A DNA stretch of 63,767 nucleotides, filler included, from Octopus bimaculoides (Eukaryota), in assembly GCF_001194135.2 (NCBI RefSeq). It is 5 parts of 5 records of this genome, joined end to end, with 100 filler letters (N's around TTAATTAATTAA, not from the genome) between each part and the next. Parts side by side here need not be neighbours in the genome. Positions count along the whole stretch, not along the records: positions 1 to 21,698 come from NC_068982.1; 4 more parts are not named here. The stretch is one strand, 5' to 3'. The notes beneath the pieces are model-generated. The model did no database searches. It saw only the letters and a list, made by a program, of their open reading frames with translations, and was not told the DNA's origin. Position numbers and translations under genes: made by a program. Positions 1-10,970 of this stretch are shown here, in pieces; the stretch's first letter is position 1; every line of letters starts with the position of its first letter.

Positions 1-187
1 GGGTGACACGTAAAAGCACCCACTACACTCTCTGAGTGGTTGGCGTTAGGAAGGGCATCCAGCTGTAGAAACTCTGCCAAATTAGATTGGAGCCTGGTGT
101 TGCCATCCGGTTTCACCAGTCCTCAGTCAAATCGTCCAACCCATGCTAGCATGGAAAGCGGACGTTAAACGATGATGATGATGATGA
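1..187 (+). mobile_element. RTE-type SINE/non-autonomous retroposon 3' part (family E) with (GAT)n tail
   Basis: ggttggcgttaggaagggcatccagctgtagaaac...cccatgctagcatggaaagcggacgttaaacgatgatgat; the same sequence recurs at 6053, 7325, 8192 and 16422. Confidence 0.8.
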
Positions 188-2499
188 TATATATATATAT
201 ATATATTTGTCCAGAATCACGTTGGATGTGGAGGAGGAGAGAAAATATTAATTCAGTGAAGGCGAAGTAGTGAGAGTAATAGCCCTGACTGAGAGGAAGT
301 GAGAGAAAGTAATATCAATGGGAGACAGGAAGGGGTATGAGCACATGGGAGAAAAAAAATGTGTGTGAGTATATGTGTGTATGTATGTGCGTGTATAAGA
401 GAAGCATGTGAATGTTTGTATGTGTGATTATTATGTACCTTATTTTTATACCTTATCATCATCATCATCATCATCATCATCATCGTTTAACGTCCGCNNN
501 NNNNNNNNNNNNNNNNNNNNNNNNNNNNNNNNNNNNNNNNNNNNNNNNNNNNNNNNNNNNNNNNNNNNNNNNNNNNNNNNNNNNNNNNNNNNNNNNNNNN
601 NNNNNNNNNNNNNNNNNNNNNNNNNNNNNNNNNNNNNNNNNNNNNNNNNNNNATAATAATAATAATAATAATAATATTAGGGACAAAATCCAAAATTACA
701 GGCAAAAAACTCAATTAAAATCAATTTATTGTGCTTTTAATTATTAATTTTTCTATGTGTGATAGTGGATTTTCGTCGATGAGTTCTTGAAAATTGGTTA
801 TTTTCCCTAAAACTATATATATATATATATATATATATAATACTACAGTTATATGTCATTATTGATGGTACGTGGTCAGCTAGTATTTAATAAAAGGGAG
901 AAAAGTACATTGGAGAAATATAATCTTGCATACGTTATAAGTGAAACGAAAGACAAATTGGCTTTCAGTGGAATGCCTTTGATCATGGGTCAGCTAACCT
1001 TCAACAATAGTAACTTCAGTATTTCCTGTGTTTTACTGACAACATTCAGTATTGTTTATACTGTATTAAATATCAACTGTATCTTTGTTAATGAAACACA
1101 ACAGTTATAAACATTGAGTTGAAAAAAACAGATCTCTTGTGTTTATTTGAAATGAATCTTAGCTGCCAGGTACTTATTATTCTATTGTCTTTGTAGTAGC
1201 CAAACATGTCACAATTTTTCTTTGATTTTGATAGTCTTAAGAGTTCTGAGTTTAAAAATAACCATTGCTATCCATCAAATCCACGGAGTTTGTTTTCAGG
1301 AATATTTGAAATTTGGTGAAAGAAAGAGAATGTTTGAGATGATACAAAAATTATTTATTTAAGAACAAAAGCTAGTTTAAGATCTTCAGATGATAATAAC
1401 TATGATTAGAGGCTGAATGAAGAAATCGAAATATTTTGTAAATTGCCAATTTAATGTGTGAGAATTATCAGAAAAGCTTTTGATTGTCGCTTCAGAAGGT
1501 CATCGTCTTACTATGATCATTGTTTAGGAACAATAATTGCTTGAGGAATTCATTTACAGAATGCATAGATAATAGACTGTACTGAATTCTTCAGATATAA
1601 GATCTGACAATTTGCCACATGTTCATTTATGAAATCTATAGAACCAATTACTTTCACGGAAGAGACATTACTAGCTGTTAATAATACTGCCTTTAATATG
1701 ATAATCATCAGGTTGAACAACACAAGGCATCAACAGCAGTGCTATTTGACTAATGTGACATCAATAACATTAGCAATGGCAGTAATAGCCGTTTTGTTAA
1801 TGGCGGTAGCTGTAAAATAAGACACTCTACATAGGATTAGTCAAGATTACCATTGGCAAATGACATTGTTATTATGATTTGTGAGACTTGGCCAAAGATA
1901 TCAATAAACTATTCCTCTGCTGCTGTAGACATGTAACTTAAGCACTTTTACCATTGTCACTCACTGTTATTGTTGGCGTATCTACTTTCTTTACTCATTT
2001 CATAATGTCTGTTGACATTCACATCATGATTGCTGTTGATGTTAATGCTAAGCCATTTTCCTGTGGACATCAGAGTGTTTACCATTATTGACATCAGGAA
2101 CGCTGTCATTATGAATATTATAATTACAGGTATTGTCAATATGTGCATACTTCATCAGTGCTAGATATAAAGATGGAACAAGCAGAAAAAAAATTGTCAA
2201 AAGTTCTTGGAGCCCAAATGACCCAAATGGAAAAATTTTAATTGACTTCATGTTGGAATTGGTCCAACAAGAGACTGAGTGGCACCAGAGTGAAATGAGG
2301 ATGCAATGTGGAATCTTGTATCTGTGATTGGAGAACTATCCAATCCATGAGTCACCTGATGGCTTGCTCATTGTTTGATTCCTCTTGTGGTTGAGATTAT
2401 TTAAGAAATAACACAACGAATATGCAAGGTTGCATGAAAACACTCAAACACTTGATACAAACAGGGAACAATAGCAACAAGAACAATAATTGGTGAATA

Positions 2500-2757
2500 A
2501 AGAACTGGAAAAGATTAAGAAGGTTAAGAAGAACTGGAAAAGGTGAGACTGCACAAATGTGGGTATTGAGGAAAATAACTGTCATCCCCGTAGTCATAGG
2601 GGCATTAGGAGCATTAACAGACAGGTTTGAAAAATTTGTTGGTGCAATTGGGATTGACATGAGGGTAGAACATGCCCAGAAAACTGTTTTATTAGGGACA
2701 GTGACGATTTTGAGATTGGTATTTGGATATAAAGTATCAGGGGTAGAAACCATGTGA
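2500..2757 (+). mobile_element. Non-LTR retrotransposon (restriction-like endonuclease clade, R4/Dong-like), extreme C-terminal fragment
   Basis: Translation MWVLRKITVIPVVIGALGALTDRFEKFV...QKTVLLGTVTILRLVF matches the typical RLE-element C-terminus (VxVIPVVIGALG...QKxxLLGTxxILR). Confidence 0.8.
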
Positions 2758-2789
2758 GACGTTTGACAATAGGTTGTTGTCCACTTTTA

Positions 2790-3215
2790 CAGAATTAGCC
2801 AGAACATGTATGTGAAATCAAGAGCTCTGAGAAGCGAAATGACAGCAAGGCTTGTCCATTGGACACTTTGCAACAAGTATGGACTTGACAGAGCAAAAAA
2901 TTGGTAAGACCACAAACCCGAAGGCATCATCGAAAATGATAATGCAAAGATCCTGTGGGATTTTATGGTTCAGTGTGACCATGAGATAGAGAATAGGAAG
3001 CCAGACATAGTCTTAATTGAGAAAGAAAACAGACTATGCTGGATCATAGATATAACATGCCCAGCTGACAACAAGGTATGTGATAAAGAAGAAAGAAAAG
3101 TCGAGAGATATGACAGGTTAGCTTGGGAAGTTAAGCAGTTGTCGTCGATGAAAAAGGTAGCAGTAGTACCAATAATTGTTGGAGCCCTGGGAACAGTGAG
3201 AAAAAAAACAAATAT
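2790..3215 (+). mobile_element. Non-LTR retrotransposon RLE domain fragment (R4/Dong-like), decayed
   Basis: VHWTLCNKYGL...ENDNAKILWDF...NRKPDIVLIEKENRLCWIIDITCP...KVERYDRLAWEV...VPIIVGALG; RxPD...D...K PD-(D/E)xK nuclease motifs; internal stop. Confidence 0.85.
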
Positions 3216-3294
3216 CACTGGCATTTTGTTCAACATTGTTTGATTTAACCAATCTACCACCATTTTCAATCTAAACTTCCAATATAAAACACAA

Positions 3295-3779
3295 GCATGA
3301 CTGTGTGGTAAGAAGCTTGCTTCCCAGCTACATGGTTCCAGGTTCTGTCTCACTGCATGAAACCTTGGACAAGTGTCTTATATAGCCTCAAGCTGACCAG
3401 AGCCTCATGAGTGGATTTGATAGATGGAAACTGAAAGAAGTCTCTGCTGTCTAGGAAACATATGTAGGCTGGATTTTACCTGCTCCGATCCCACAATTTG
3501 GATATATTGATATGTGTGTGTGTGTATGTGTCTTTGTGTCAGTGTTTGAACCCCCGCTCCCAATGCTGCTTGACAACCAGTGTTGGTGTGTTTACATCCC
3601 TGTATTTTAGTGGTTCAGCAAAAGGAAGCAGTAGAATTAGTACCAGGGTTAAAAAATAAAAAAATAAAAAATAATAATAATCAAATCAATTGCTTCAACT
3701 AAAAAATTCTTCAAAGTGGTGCTCCAGCACGGCTGTAGTCTAATGGTTGAAACAGGTAAAAGATAAAATAGAAAAGATA
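3295..3779 (+). mobile_element. tRNA-headed SINE family A, diverged copy
   Basis: Homologous to the cleaner copy at 50293-50718 (head, gagtggatttg.tagatggaaactgaaagaag core, ggtgctccagca tail). Confidence 0.75.
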
Positions 3780-4507
3780 TAAGTTACACTACGTTGTAAA
3801 CACCGAATAGTCAAACAATCGAATTCTAGATGTATTTATTTCAAATGTTTGTTAGTTACCAGACTTTTGCTATTATTATATTATTATTTTGGTAGCAAAC
3901 ATCAATGCAATGATTGAAGTGAAATTTTGGAAAATAACAACACTTTTATTTCTTTTTTAGACTGTCAAAAAAACCACCAAGTTGAATATCCTTTTTATAT
4001 ATTCATTTATGTATTTATATTTATTTTGCTCTGCACAAAAGCAGAAAAATTTTGTTTTATTAATTTTGATATCCTGGTAGTTGTACATGTAATTTTTTTT
4101 TTGGGGGGGGGAAATATCGTTTCTCAATATTCTATACTTACTTCATGTTTTGAATGACATGGCTAAATTTGTTCAACATCATCCTAAATCCTATCAGCAC
4201 CAACAACATAAATAATAAAAAAAAAAGGAAAAATTCAGATTCAGTTGATCCTTATTAAATATTAATGTAAAATATCAAATTAATGCCAAATGGAAGTTAC
4301 AGGACAAGTGATCTTATTGTAAGTCCTGTCAGATATTTTCTGCAAATTGTGATAACACTATTTGCAATCTTTCAAAATTTGTTTTTTTGGTCGTCTCATA
4401 AACAACAATCCCAGATTCCCGAACCACTTGTCATTTCGATGATATGAGAAATGACACTAATATTAGATATGGATAAATAAATAATAACAGTAATAATAAT
4501 AATAATA

Positions 4508-4728
4508 ATCCTTCCTACTAAAGGTACAAGGCCTAAAATATTGGAAGAGGGGACTAGTCAATTACATCGACCTCAGTATTTCACTGGTACTTAGTTTATC
4601 GCCCCCCCCCCCCGAAAGGATGAGAGGCAAAGTCGACCGTGGCGGGATTTGAACTCAGAACGTAAAGACAGACGGAATACCGCTAAGCATTTTGTCCGGC
4701 ATGCTAACGTTTCTGCCAGCTCACCGCT
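4508..4728 (-). mobile_element. tRNA-headed SINE family D
   Basis: Reverse complement gcggtgagctggcagaaacgttagcatgccgg...gttctgagttcaaatcc...gtcgactttgcctctcatcctttcggg; several copies in window. Confidence 0.8.
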
Positions 4729-4734
4729 CTAATA

Positions 4735-4770
<36 letters not shown>

Positions 4771-4814
4771 ATGATGATGATGATGATGATGATGATGATA
4801 ACAACAACAACACA

Positions 4815-5475
4815 AGTCTTCACACTCGGAACTATCAAGCTAATGTCACACATAATGAGGTAGACACAAAGTGTAGACTCTGCAATGACAAACTTAAGAG
4901 CATTGACCACAATGTTGCCGATCGCTCAGTCTTTGTCCCTACAAAATATAAAACCAGGCACGATCGGGTCGGCCAATACTTGCACTGAAGCATATGCTAT
5001 CACAATGATATCCTGCACCCTTAGAACTAGTATGAATACCATCCAGAAGCAGTCACTGAGGGAGATAATGTGACCATCCTATGGGATTATGCGTTGCAGA
5101 CAAGCAAATAAATGATAACAGACCAGACATCGTCATCAAAGACCTAAAACAAAAAAACATGCCTGTTAATTGACATGACATTGGCAACTGATAGAAACAT
5201 CTCAGCAAAGGAATATAAGGACCTTGAAATTCAGATATCTAGGATGTGGCTATTAAAAACCAAAACCATCCCTGTTGTTGGAGGTGCTCCGGGAATAATT
5301 AAGAAAGGTAGCGACAAATTTCTTGACCAGAGAAACCAACAATCTATGACACTAAAAAGCTTGTGTTGACATCAATCACCCACATTCTCAGTAAGCTTCT
5401 CTCCATTTAATATATATGTGCCTTAGGTCTCTGGGTGAGACCCAGTTAGAAGATGAAATAAAATGCAAATCAATT
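4815..5475 (+). mobile_element. Non-LTR retrotransposon 3' fragment: CCHC zinc knuckle + RLE domain + 3' UTR
   Basis: TRNYQ...KCRLCNDKLKSIDH...YKTRHDRVGQYLH...EGDNVTILWDY...RPDIVIKD...CLLIDM...YKDLEIQISRMW.LKTKTIPVV; frameshifted; followed by (AAC)n(AAT)n. Confidence 0.85.
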
Positions 5476-5515
5476 GGAAAATAATAATAGCAACAACAAC
5501 AACAACAACAACAAC

Positions 5516-5582
<67 letters not shown>

Positions 5583-5600
5583 GTAATAGTAATAATAATA
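5474..5600 (+). repeat. (AAC)n/(AAT)n microsatellite at the 3' end of the RLE element
   Basis: Direct reading. Confidence 0.95.
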
Positions 5601-5817
5601 AGAGCACTCAGAGAGTGCAAACCTTTGCCAAAGCAACTACAATGTCCTCTCAACGATTAGCCAGAGATGATTTTTAAAATGAGAATATCTGAAATAAACT
5701 CGACTGCTCTCGCAAACAAGAATACTAAAAATGAACCTGACTGCTCTCAAAAATTTAGTAAAAAAGCAGGAAAAATAATCCAGAATCCTTGTCCAGAACC
5801 AGATCAATCCCAAAATA

Positions 5818-6040
5818 ATAATGATCCTTTCTACTATAGGCACAAGGCCTGAAATTTGCCGGGAGAGGACCAGTCAATTATATCAACCCCAGTGATCAAC
5901 TTGTACTTAATTTATCTACCCCAAAATGATGAAAGGCAAAGTCAAGCCAGGCAGTATTTGAACTCAGAACGTAGTGACAGGCGAAATAACACTTATGCAT
6001 TTTGCCAGTGTGCTAATAGTTCTGCCAGCTTGCCATCTTA
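5818..6040 (-). mobile_element. SINE family D, diverged
   Basis: Similar to 4508-4728 and 48831-49052. Confidence 0.75.
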
Positions 6041-6052
6041 TATATCATCATC

Positions 6053-6175
6053 ATCGTCATCATCATCATCATCATTTAACATTTGCTTTCCATGCTAGCA
6101 TGGGTTGGACGATTTGACTGGGGACTAGTGAACCAGGTGGCTACACCAGGCTCCAATCTAATTTGGCATCAGAAA
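6053..6175 (-). mobile_element. Family E RTE-type retroposon 3' end
   Basis: (CAT)n followed by ttaacatttgctttccatgctagcatgggttggacgatttgactg = reverse complement of the 1-187 tail. Confidence 0.8.
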
Positions 6176-6364
6176 GAGCATCCAGTTGTAGAACCTATGC
6201 CAAAGCAGACACTAGAGAACAATGCAATTCTCCAACCCATCGGATCCTGTGAAACTATATAACTTGTGCTGTCAAGAAAAGTGAAGGTTATAAACAAGAA
6301 TTATCCTGTTCTATATTTGAGAGATGAGGAATTATGTACATTATTTACATTATTTACATTTGAC

Positions 6365-6404
6365 CTGATGAAGGCTGGAGGGTATAGCAGATGAAACGTT
6401 GTGT
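6365..6404 (+). ncRNA. Minimal type-I hammerhead ribozyme motif, copy 1 (helix I and II imperfect)
   Basis: CTGATGA-A-GGCTG(gagggtatag)CAGAT-GAAAC-GTT-GTGT. Confidence 0.6.
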
Positions 6405-6572
6405 TAACAACAAACAAGATGAGGTCAAATATCTGTCAAATGTAAATAATGGAAATAATATAAATAATGTACATAATTCCTCATCTCTTAAATATAGAAC
6501 TGTATTATGTAATTGGTATGGAGTTGACATTAGACTTCAATGGAGATATATAGAGAAACTCTATCAGAAACT

Positions 6573-6616
6573 ACACCTGATGAAGGCTGGAGGGTGTATC
6601 AGCTGAAACATTGTGT
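6573..6616 (+). ncRNA. Minimal type-I hammerhead ribozyme motif, copy 2 (G16.2 to A)
   Basis: ACAC-CTGATGA-A-GGCTG(gagggtgtat)CAGCT-GAAAC-ATT-GTGT; helix I ACAC/GTGT. Confidence 0.65.
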
Positions 6617-6775
6617 TAACAACAAACAAGATGAGGACAAAGATCTGTCAAATGTAAATAATGTAAATAATGTACATAATTCCTCATCTCTTAAATATAG
6701 AACTGTATTATCTAATCGGTACAGAACCGACATTAGACTTCAATGGAGACATATAGAGAAACTCCATCAAAAAGT

Positions 6776-6819
6776 ACACCTGATGAGGGCTGGAGGGTAT
6801 ATCAGCTGAAATGTTGTGT
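6776..6819 (+). ncRNA. Minimal type-I hammerhead ribozyme motif, copy 3 (C15.2 to U)
   Basis: ACAC-CTGATGA-G-GGCTG(gagggtatat)CAGCT-GAAAT-GTT-GTGT. Confidence 0.65.
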
Positions 6820-6821
6820 TA

Positions 6822-6862
6822 ACACGTTTCGGCTGATGTACTCTCCAGCCTTCATCAGATGT
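6822..6862 (-). ncRNA. Inverted hammerhead motif truncated at the cleavage site
   Basis: Reverse complement ACAT-CTGATGA-A-GGCTG(gagagtacat)CAGCC-GAAAC-GT-GT; perfect 5-bp helix II but 3 nt missing at the GUU site. Confidence 0.6.
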
Positions 6863-6928
6863 CCTGGGGGAATCTCAAATCTGGGTTCTCATTCCTAAAG
6901 TATTTTTCCGATGTTATTATTATTATTA

Positions 6929-6984
<56 letters not shown>

Positions 6985-6988
<4 letters not shown>

Positions 6989-7090
6989 TCACTACCTGGA
7001 ATCTACCTCAGAATTGTGGGAATAGTAGCCCATGCTCTTAACCACTACACCATATGCCTGCAATCTTAACCACTACGCCATATACCCGTG
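6985..7090 (-). promoter_or_regulatory. tRNA-like (Pol III A-box / degenerate B-box) cassette with duplicated 5' end, upstream of (AAT)n and the HHR module
   Basis: Minus strand TGGCGTAGTGGTTAAG (A box), repeated as TGGTGTAGTGGTTAAG, then GGTAGATTCC (B-box-like). Confidence 0.55.
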
Positions 7091-7116
7091 AGCAATTATA
7101 GAGTCAATTTTAGGGC

Positions 7117-7318
7117 TTATAAATCTAATATTCTCCTATCCTTCCTTAATACTGGTTCCCATATTCTACTCATATCTGCACCAGGTCTGCTTAGGAGGTT
7201 GTTGTGTCCAAGCATATGTGCTGCCTCTTTTAGTTTTTGTATTTTCCAGTGGTGTTCTCTGTCTATTATTTTAACTTCATCCCACAGGAGGAAGGTGGTC
7301 TCTGTTTTTCCATACATG
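7117..7318 (-). mobile_element. Penelope-like element GIY-YIG endonuclease C-terminal fragment
   Basis: LWDEVKIIDREHHWKIQKLKEAAHMLGHNNLLSRPGADMSRIWEPVL resembles the PLE EN tail (IDWxxVKILDRExxWxxRKxKEAxHI...W.P.L). Confidence 0.75.
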
Positions 7319-7324
7319 ATCGGC

Positions 7325-7440
7325 TATACCCAATTGGAGCCTGGTGGAGTCTCCTGGCTTGCCAGTTCTCAATCAATCCATCCAACCCATGCCAACACAC
7401 AAAGCAGACGTTAAACAATAACGACGATGATGATGATGAA
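7325..7440 (+). mobile_element. Family E retroposon 3' end
   Basis: ttggagcctgg...tccaacccatgccaacacacaaagcagacgttaaac...gatgatgat. Confidence 0.7.
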
Positions 7441-8034
7441 TGGCGTTACCTAAACTAATGTTAAAATAGTAGTCTTTATAAAGCAAAGGTAAAAATTATC
7501 AGCCAGAAATTGATAGTTATTACGAGGATTAGTTTAAAATAAACAAAGGAACGACCATATAAAGTAATGTTTACAATATAAATTGCAAGTGAATCAATAT
7601 AAAATTCCCATAGTCATAAACAGCTCAATCAATGAACCTGTCCGAAATTTCTCAAAAACGTCTTTAATGGCTGCTGTTTTTAAGTATCAATTGCAACAGT
7701 CTATTTTCAGTTTTTCATTATTAGTAGTTGCTTTTAGTGTAGATAAGTGCTTCCTAAATAATTAATTAGATGTAATGGTTTCATATATCTGAAAACGTCA
7801 TTTTTTTTTTACTCTCTCTTTCTCTCTCTTTTTGTCTCTCTCTCACACCCTCTGTCAATCGATATTCTTTTGTGATATTGAAATGTTTGAGTTGAACTTA
7901 TAAAAAAAAGAATATTGTTTTGACATCTTATTAGATGATTTCCCTAGCAACCAACTGAAAACTAGTAAAAAAATTTCTGCTTTATAAAAAGGCATACTTG
8001 ATGTTATCTTTGTTTCTAGTCTCTTGCACATCCA

Positions 8035-8078
<44 letters not shown>

Positions 8079-8191
8079 NNNNNNNNNNNNNNNNNNNNNN
8101 NNNNNNNNNNNNNNNNNNNNNNNNNNNNNNNNNNNNNNNNNNNNNNNNNNNNNNNNNNNNNNNNGTATATATATATATATATATATATATA

Positions 8192-8459
8192 TCATCATCG
8201 TCATTGTCGTTTAACATCCGCTTTCCATGTTGACATGGGTTGGGAGGTTTGACTGAGGACTGGTGAGCCAGATGGATACTCCAGGCTCCAATCTGATCTG
8301 GCAGAGTTTCTACAGATGGATGTCTTCCTAACGCCAACCACTCCTAGAGTGTAGTGGGTGCTTTTACATACCACTGGCATGAGGGGCCAATCAGGCGGTA
8401 CTGGCAACGACCATGCTCAAAGGTGTTTTTTATGTGCCAGTAAGGTGACGCTGGCAATA
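8192..8459 (-). mobile_element. Family E retroposon, longer copy
   Basis: Reverse complement of the 1-187 sequence plus extra 5' sequence. Confidence 0.8.
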
Positions 8460-8562
8460 TATACATATATATACATACACACACATACACATATATATAT
8501 ATACATGCATGTATGTGTACAGGTATACATATGCATACATATGCATACATATGTATATATGA

Positions 8563-8640
<78 letters not shown>

Positions 8641-10970
8641 GTGTATGTGTGTGTATGTTATGTTTCACAAGAAAAAATTTATTTTGTACAGCTTTATAAA
8701 GCTTGTATTCTCACTTGTTAACTTAAAATTTATAGGGAAACCATTCCATGGTTCTCTACTTGTAAATAATAGATTAGACATTTGCTGTACATATTCAGAA
8801 AGACAATATTCTCAATGATCACGTGTATAATTGTTAGTAGACATTAACACGGCTTAAAGTCAGAAACCAGTATTTTCAATATCATAGAGTCTCATAAATA
8901 ATGTTTTTAGTAGATTTCTATTAGTATTGTACTAATGTCATTTCTTGTGGAAACATTCTAAAAAGAGCTCTTCTTCCATCTCCTCTATATCATCATCATC
9001 ATCATTTATGGTTTGTACAGCTGCTATTACCATCATCATCATTAAAAATATAATTACTTTAGTGTCTTTTTTTTTTTTCCTCCACACTCTATGAGATGGA
9101 TAGCTCTTCAAACGATCTCTTTTATTTGACAATTTTCTTCAAAGATTTTTATACCCTCCCAACAATGAACTCTCCACTGACTAAACATAGAGAGAAGGAA
9201 CTACTTTGCCTGATTTGGTCTACTCTGTATATGCTTTGAAATATGGAATGCATTCTATCATGAAAGTAGTAAAAGAAAAATCAAAAATAAAACAAACTAC
9301 ACGACAATGAAAATCCTAAGTTACTACATCTGTAAAGTATTCTCAACATCGTAAAATATTTTATAAGGACATGATTAACAACTGTTTCTCTCAATGAAGG
9401 AATATTGCAATATTTTTGTCTGAATTTTCAGAAATGGTTTAAATTCCAAATAGAAAATGAAGATATTTCTGCAAGGCAAACGAACTAATTGAGTATTGCT
9501 GCAAGAAACTTTATTAGAATGCAACAAGGTTTTGGTGTTGCACTAGTACTGACAATAAAAATGATTTATTGTCTAGGATTCACCAAATACCAAAGTAGAA
9601 AGCGCAATAAAATTATATTTATTGGGTTCAGAAGAATAAACATGAAAAGATTTCCTAAAATTATTCCGATCTTAATCTGTTCATTACTGCTGCAGCCCTA
9701 ACCAAGATCAAGGCAGTGAAACGAAGTTATATTCCATTATATGAAAAATAAATCTTTATGACTGAAGTAAATATATAATATGAATGTCAACTTGTAATAT
9801 TTTTATAGATCTAATTTTGCACTTGTATTAGTACGGACTATTGGAAAATGAATGCAATATTTGTAAACGCAACAGATCATTAATTATTTAACATCAGGCC
9901 AGAAAATGTTTCTAATTAGAGTTTATGATAATTCTTTTCACATCTGTCGCTGCTGAACTGGATATTTCCATAAAAATAAACTAACGTTCTAATACAAGGA
10001 AATAATGAAGTATGAAATTAAAATAAAAATATTAAAGCTGACATATATAAAGAAAATTATTTTGGAGGAAATCAATTTGAATAATTTATTGATAGATATC
10101 AACAATCAGTTTTAATTGAAATGGCATTTTTTTTTATTTTGAGAATGATTTGTTTTCTACTTTTGTTTTTCTTTTGTAATGTTTATGTGTTACAATGTTA
10201 CAATTGAAAAAATATTTCTTAATTAAAAACCCATACAGCTGCGTATATATTAGAAATACAGGTTGTATTACATCTTGTGAATTGATTAATATTATAATTT
10301 TCACAGAAGCAATAGTAGTGGTGTTGAATGTGTTCATTGGTTGACTGCAACAATCCAATCTTTTCTACAATAAATTGGCTGCACAAAGTAGCAACAAGAG
10401 AAAAACTATAATGAACCAATTGGCAATTTTATCATGTCAGCTCATATTCTTTAATGTAATAGACAGAATAAAAAAAAAACCTGTCTGTTTGGTGGTTCTA
10501 CAAGCTTTATGCTGAGATTCATATAAATCTATAATTCAGAACAAAATCTTTTACATAAAAGAACAGTAGTTCTATAGTTAGTATTTCATTTCATACATTT
10601 TCCTGCAAAATTAGTTGACATAAGTAGAAATGTATCTTATACTAAATAATGAAATATGAGGAGGAGAAGTATAGAAATAAAGGTCATTATTATCACAAAC
10701 ATTTTAATATCTATTTCCCCATTCATAAATATATTTATGGAATAGACACTGCTGACTTTTTTCTTTTCACTTTATATTATTTAGATCAATTTCTCATTGG
10801 ACAAATCAATAAAATCCTTCGACTCCTATAACGTGGTTGGCGTTAATTATATTATGTTGATTTAAACACATTAATCTAGTAAATATCTCAGTTTTCATGC
10901 AGTGTGTGAAGAAAAAATACATCCTGTTCTTAGACTAAGGTCACAATCAAATGAAACTGACCTGAAATTA

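Larger units (their letters stand above)
6306..6915. repeat. Tandem (about 203-212 nt units) plus inverted array of a PLE-type hammerhead-bearing repeat
   Basis: CTGATGA cores at 6365, 6577 and 6780 on +; inverted copy 6822-6862; inverted unit fragment 6306-6364. Confidence 0.9.

Noticed and set aside
2160-2330. NDPNGKILIDF resembling an APE endonuclease NxNGxxL motif
   Set aside because: A single short motif without flanking APE motifs.
6365-6820. Regularly spaced repeats as a possible CRISPR array
   Set aside because: The whole 205-nt unit is repeated with no unique spacers, the context is eukaryotic, and there are no cas genes.
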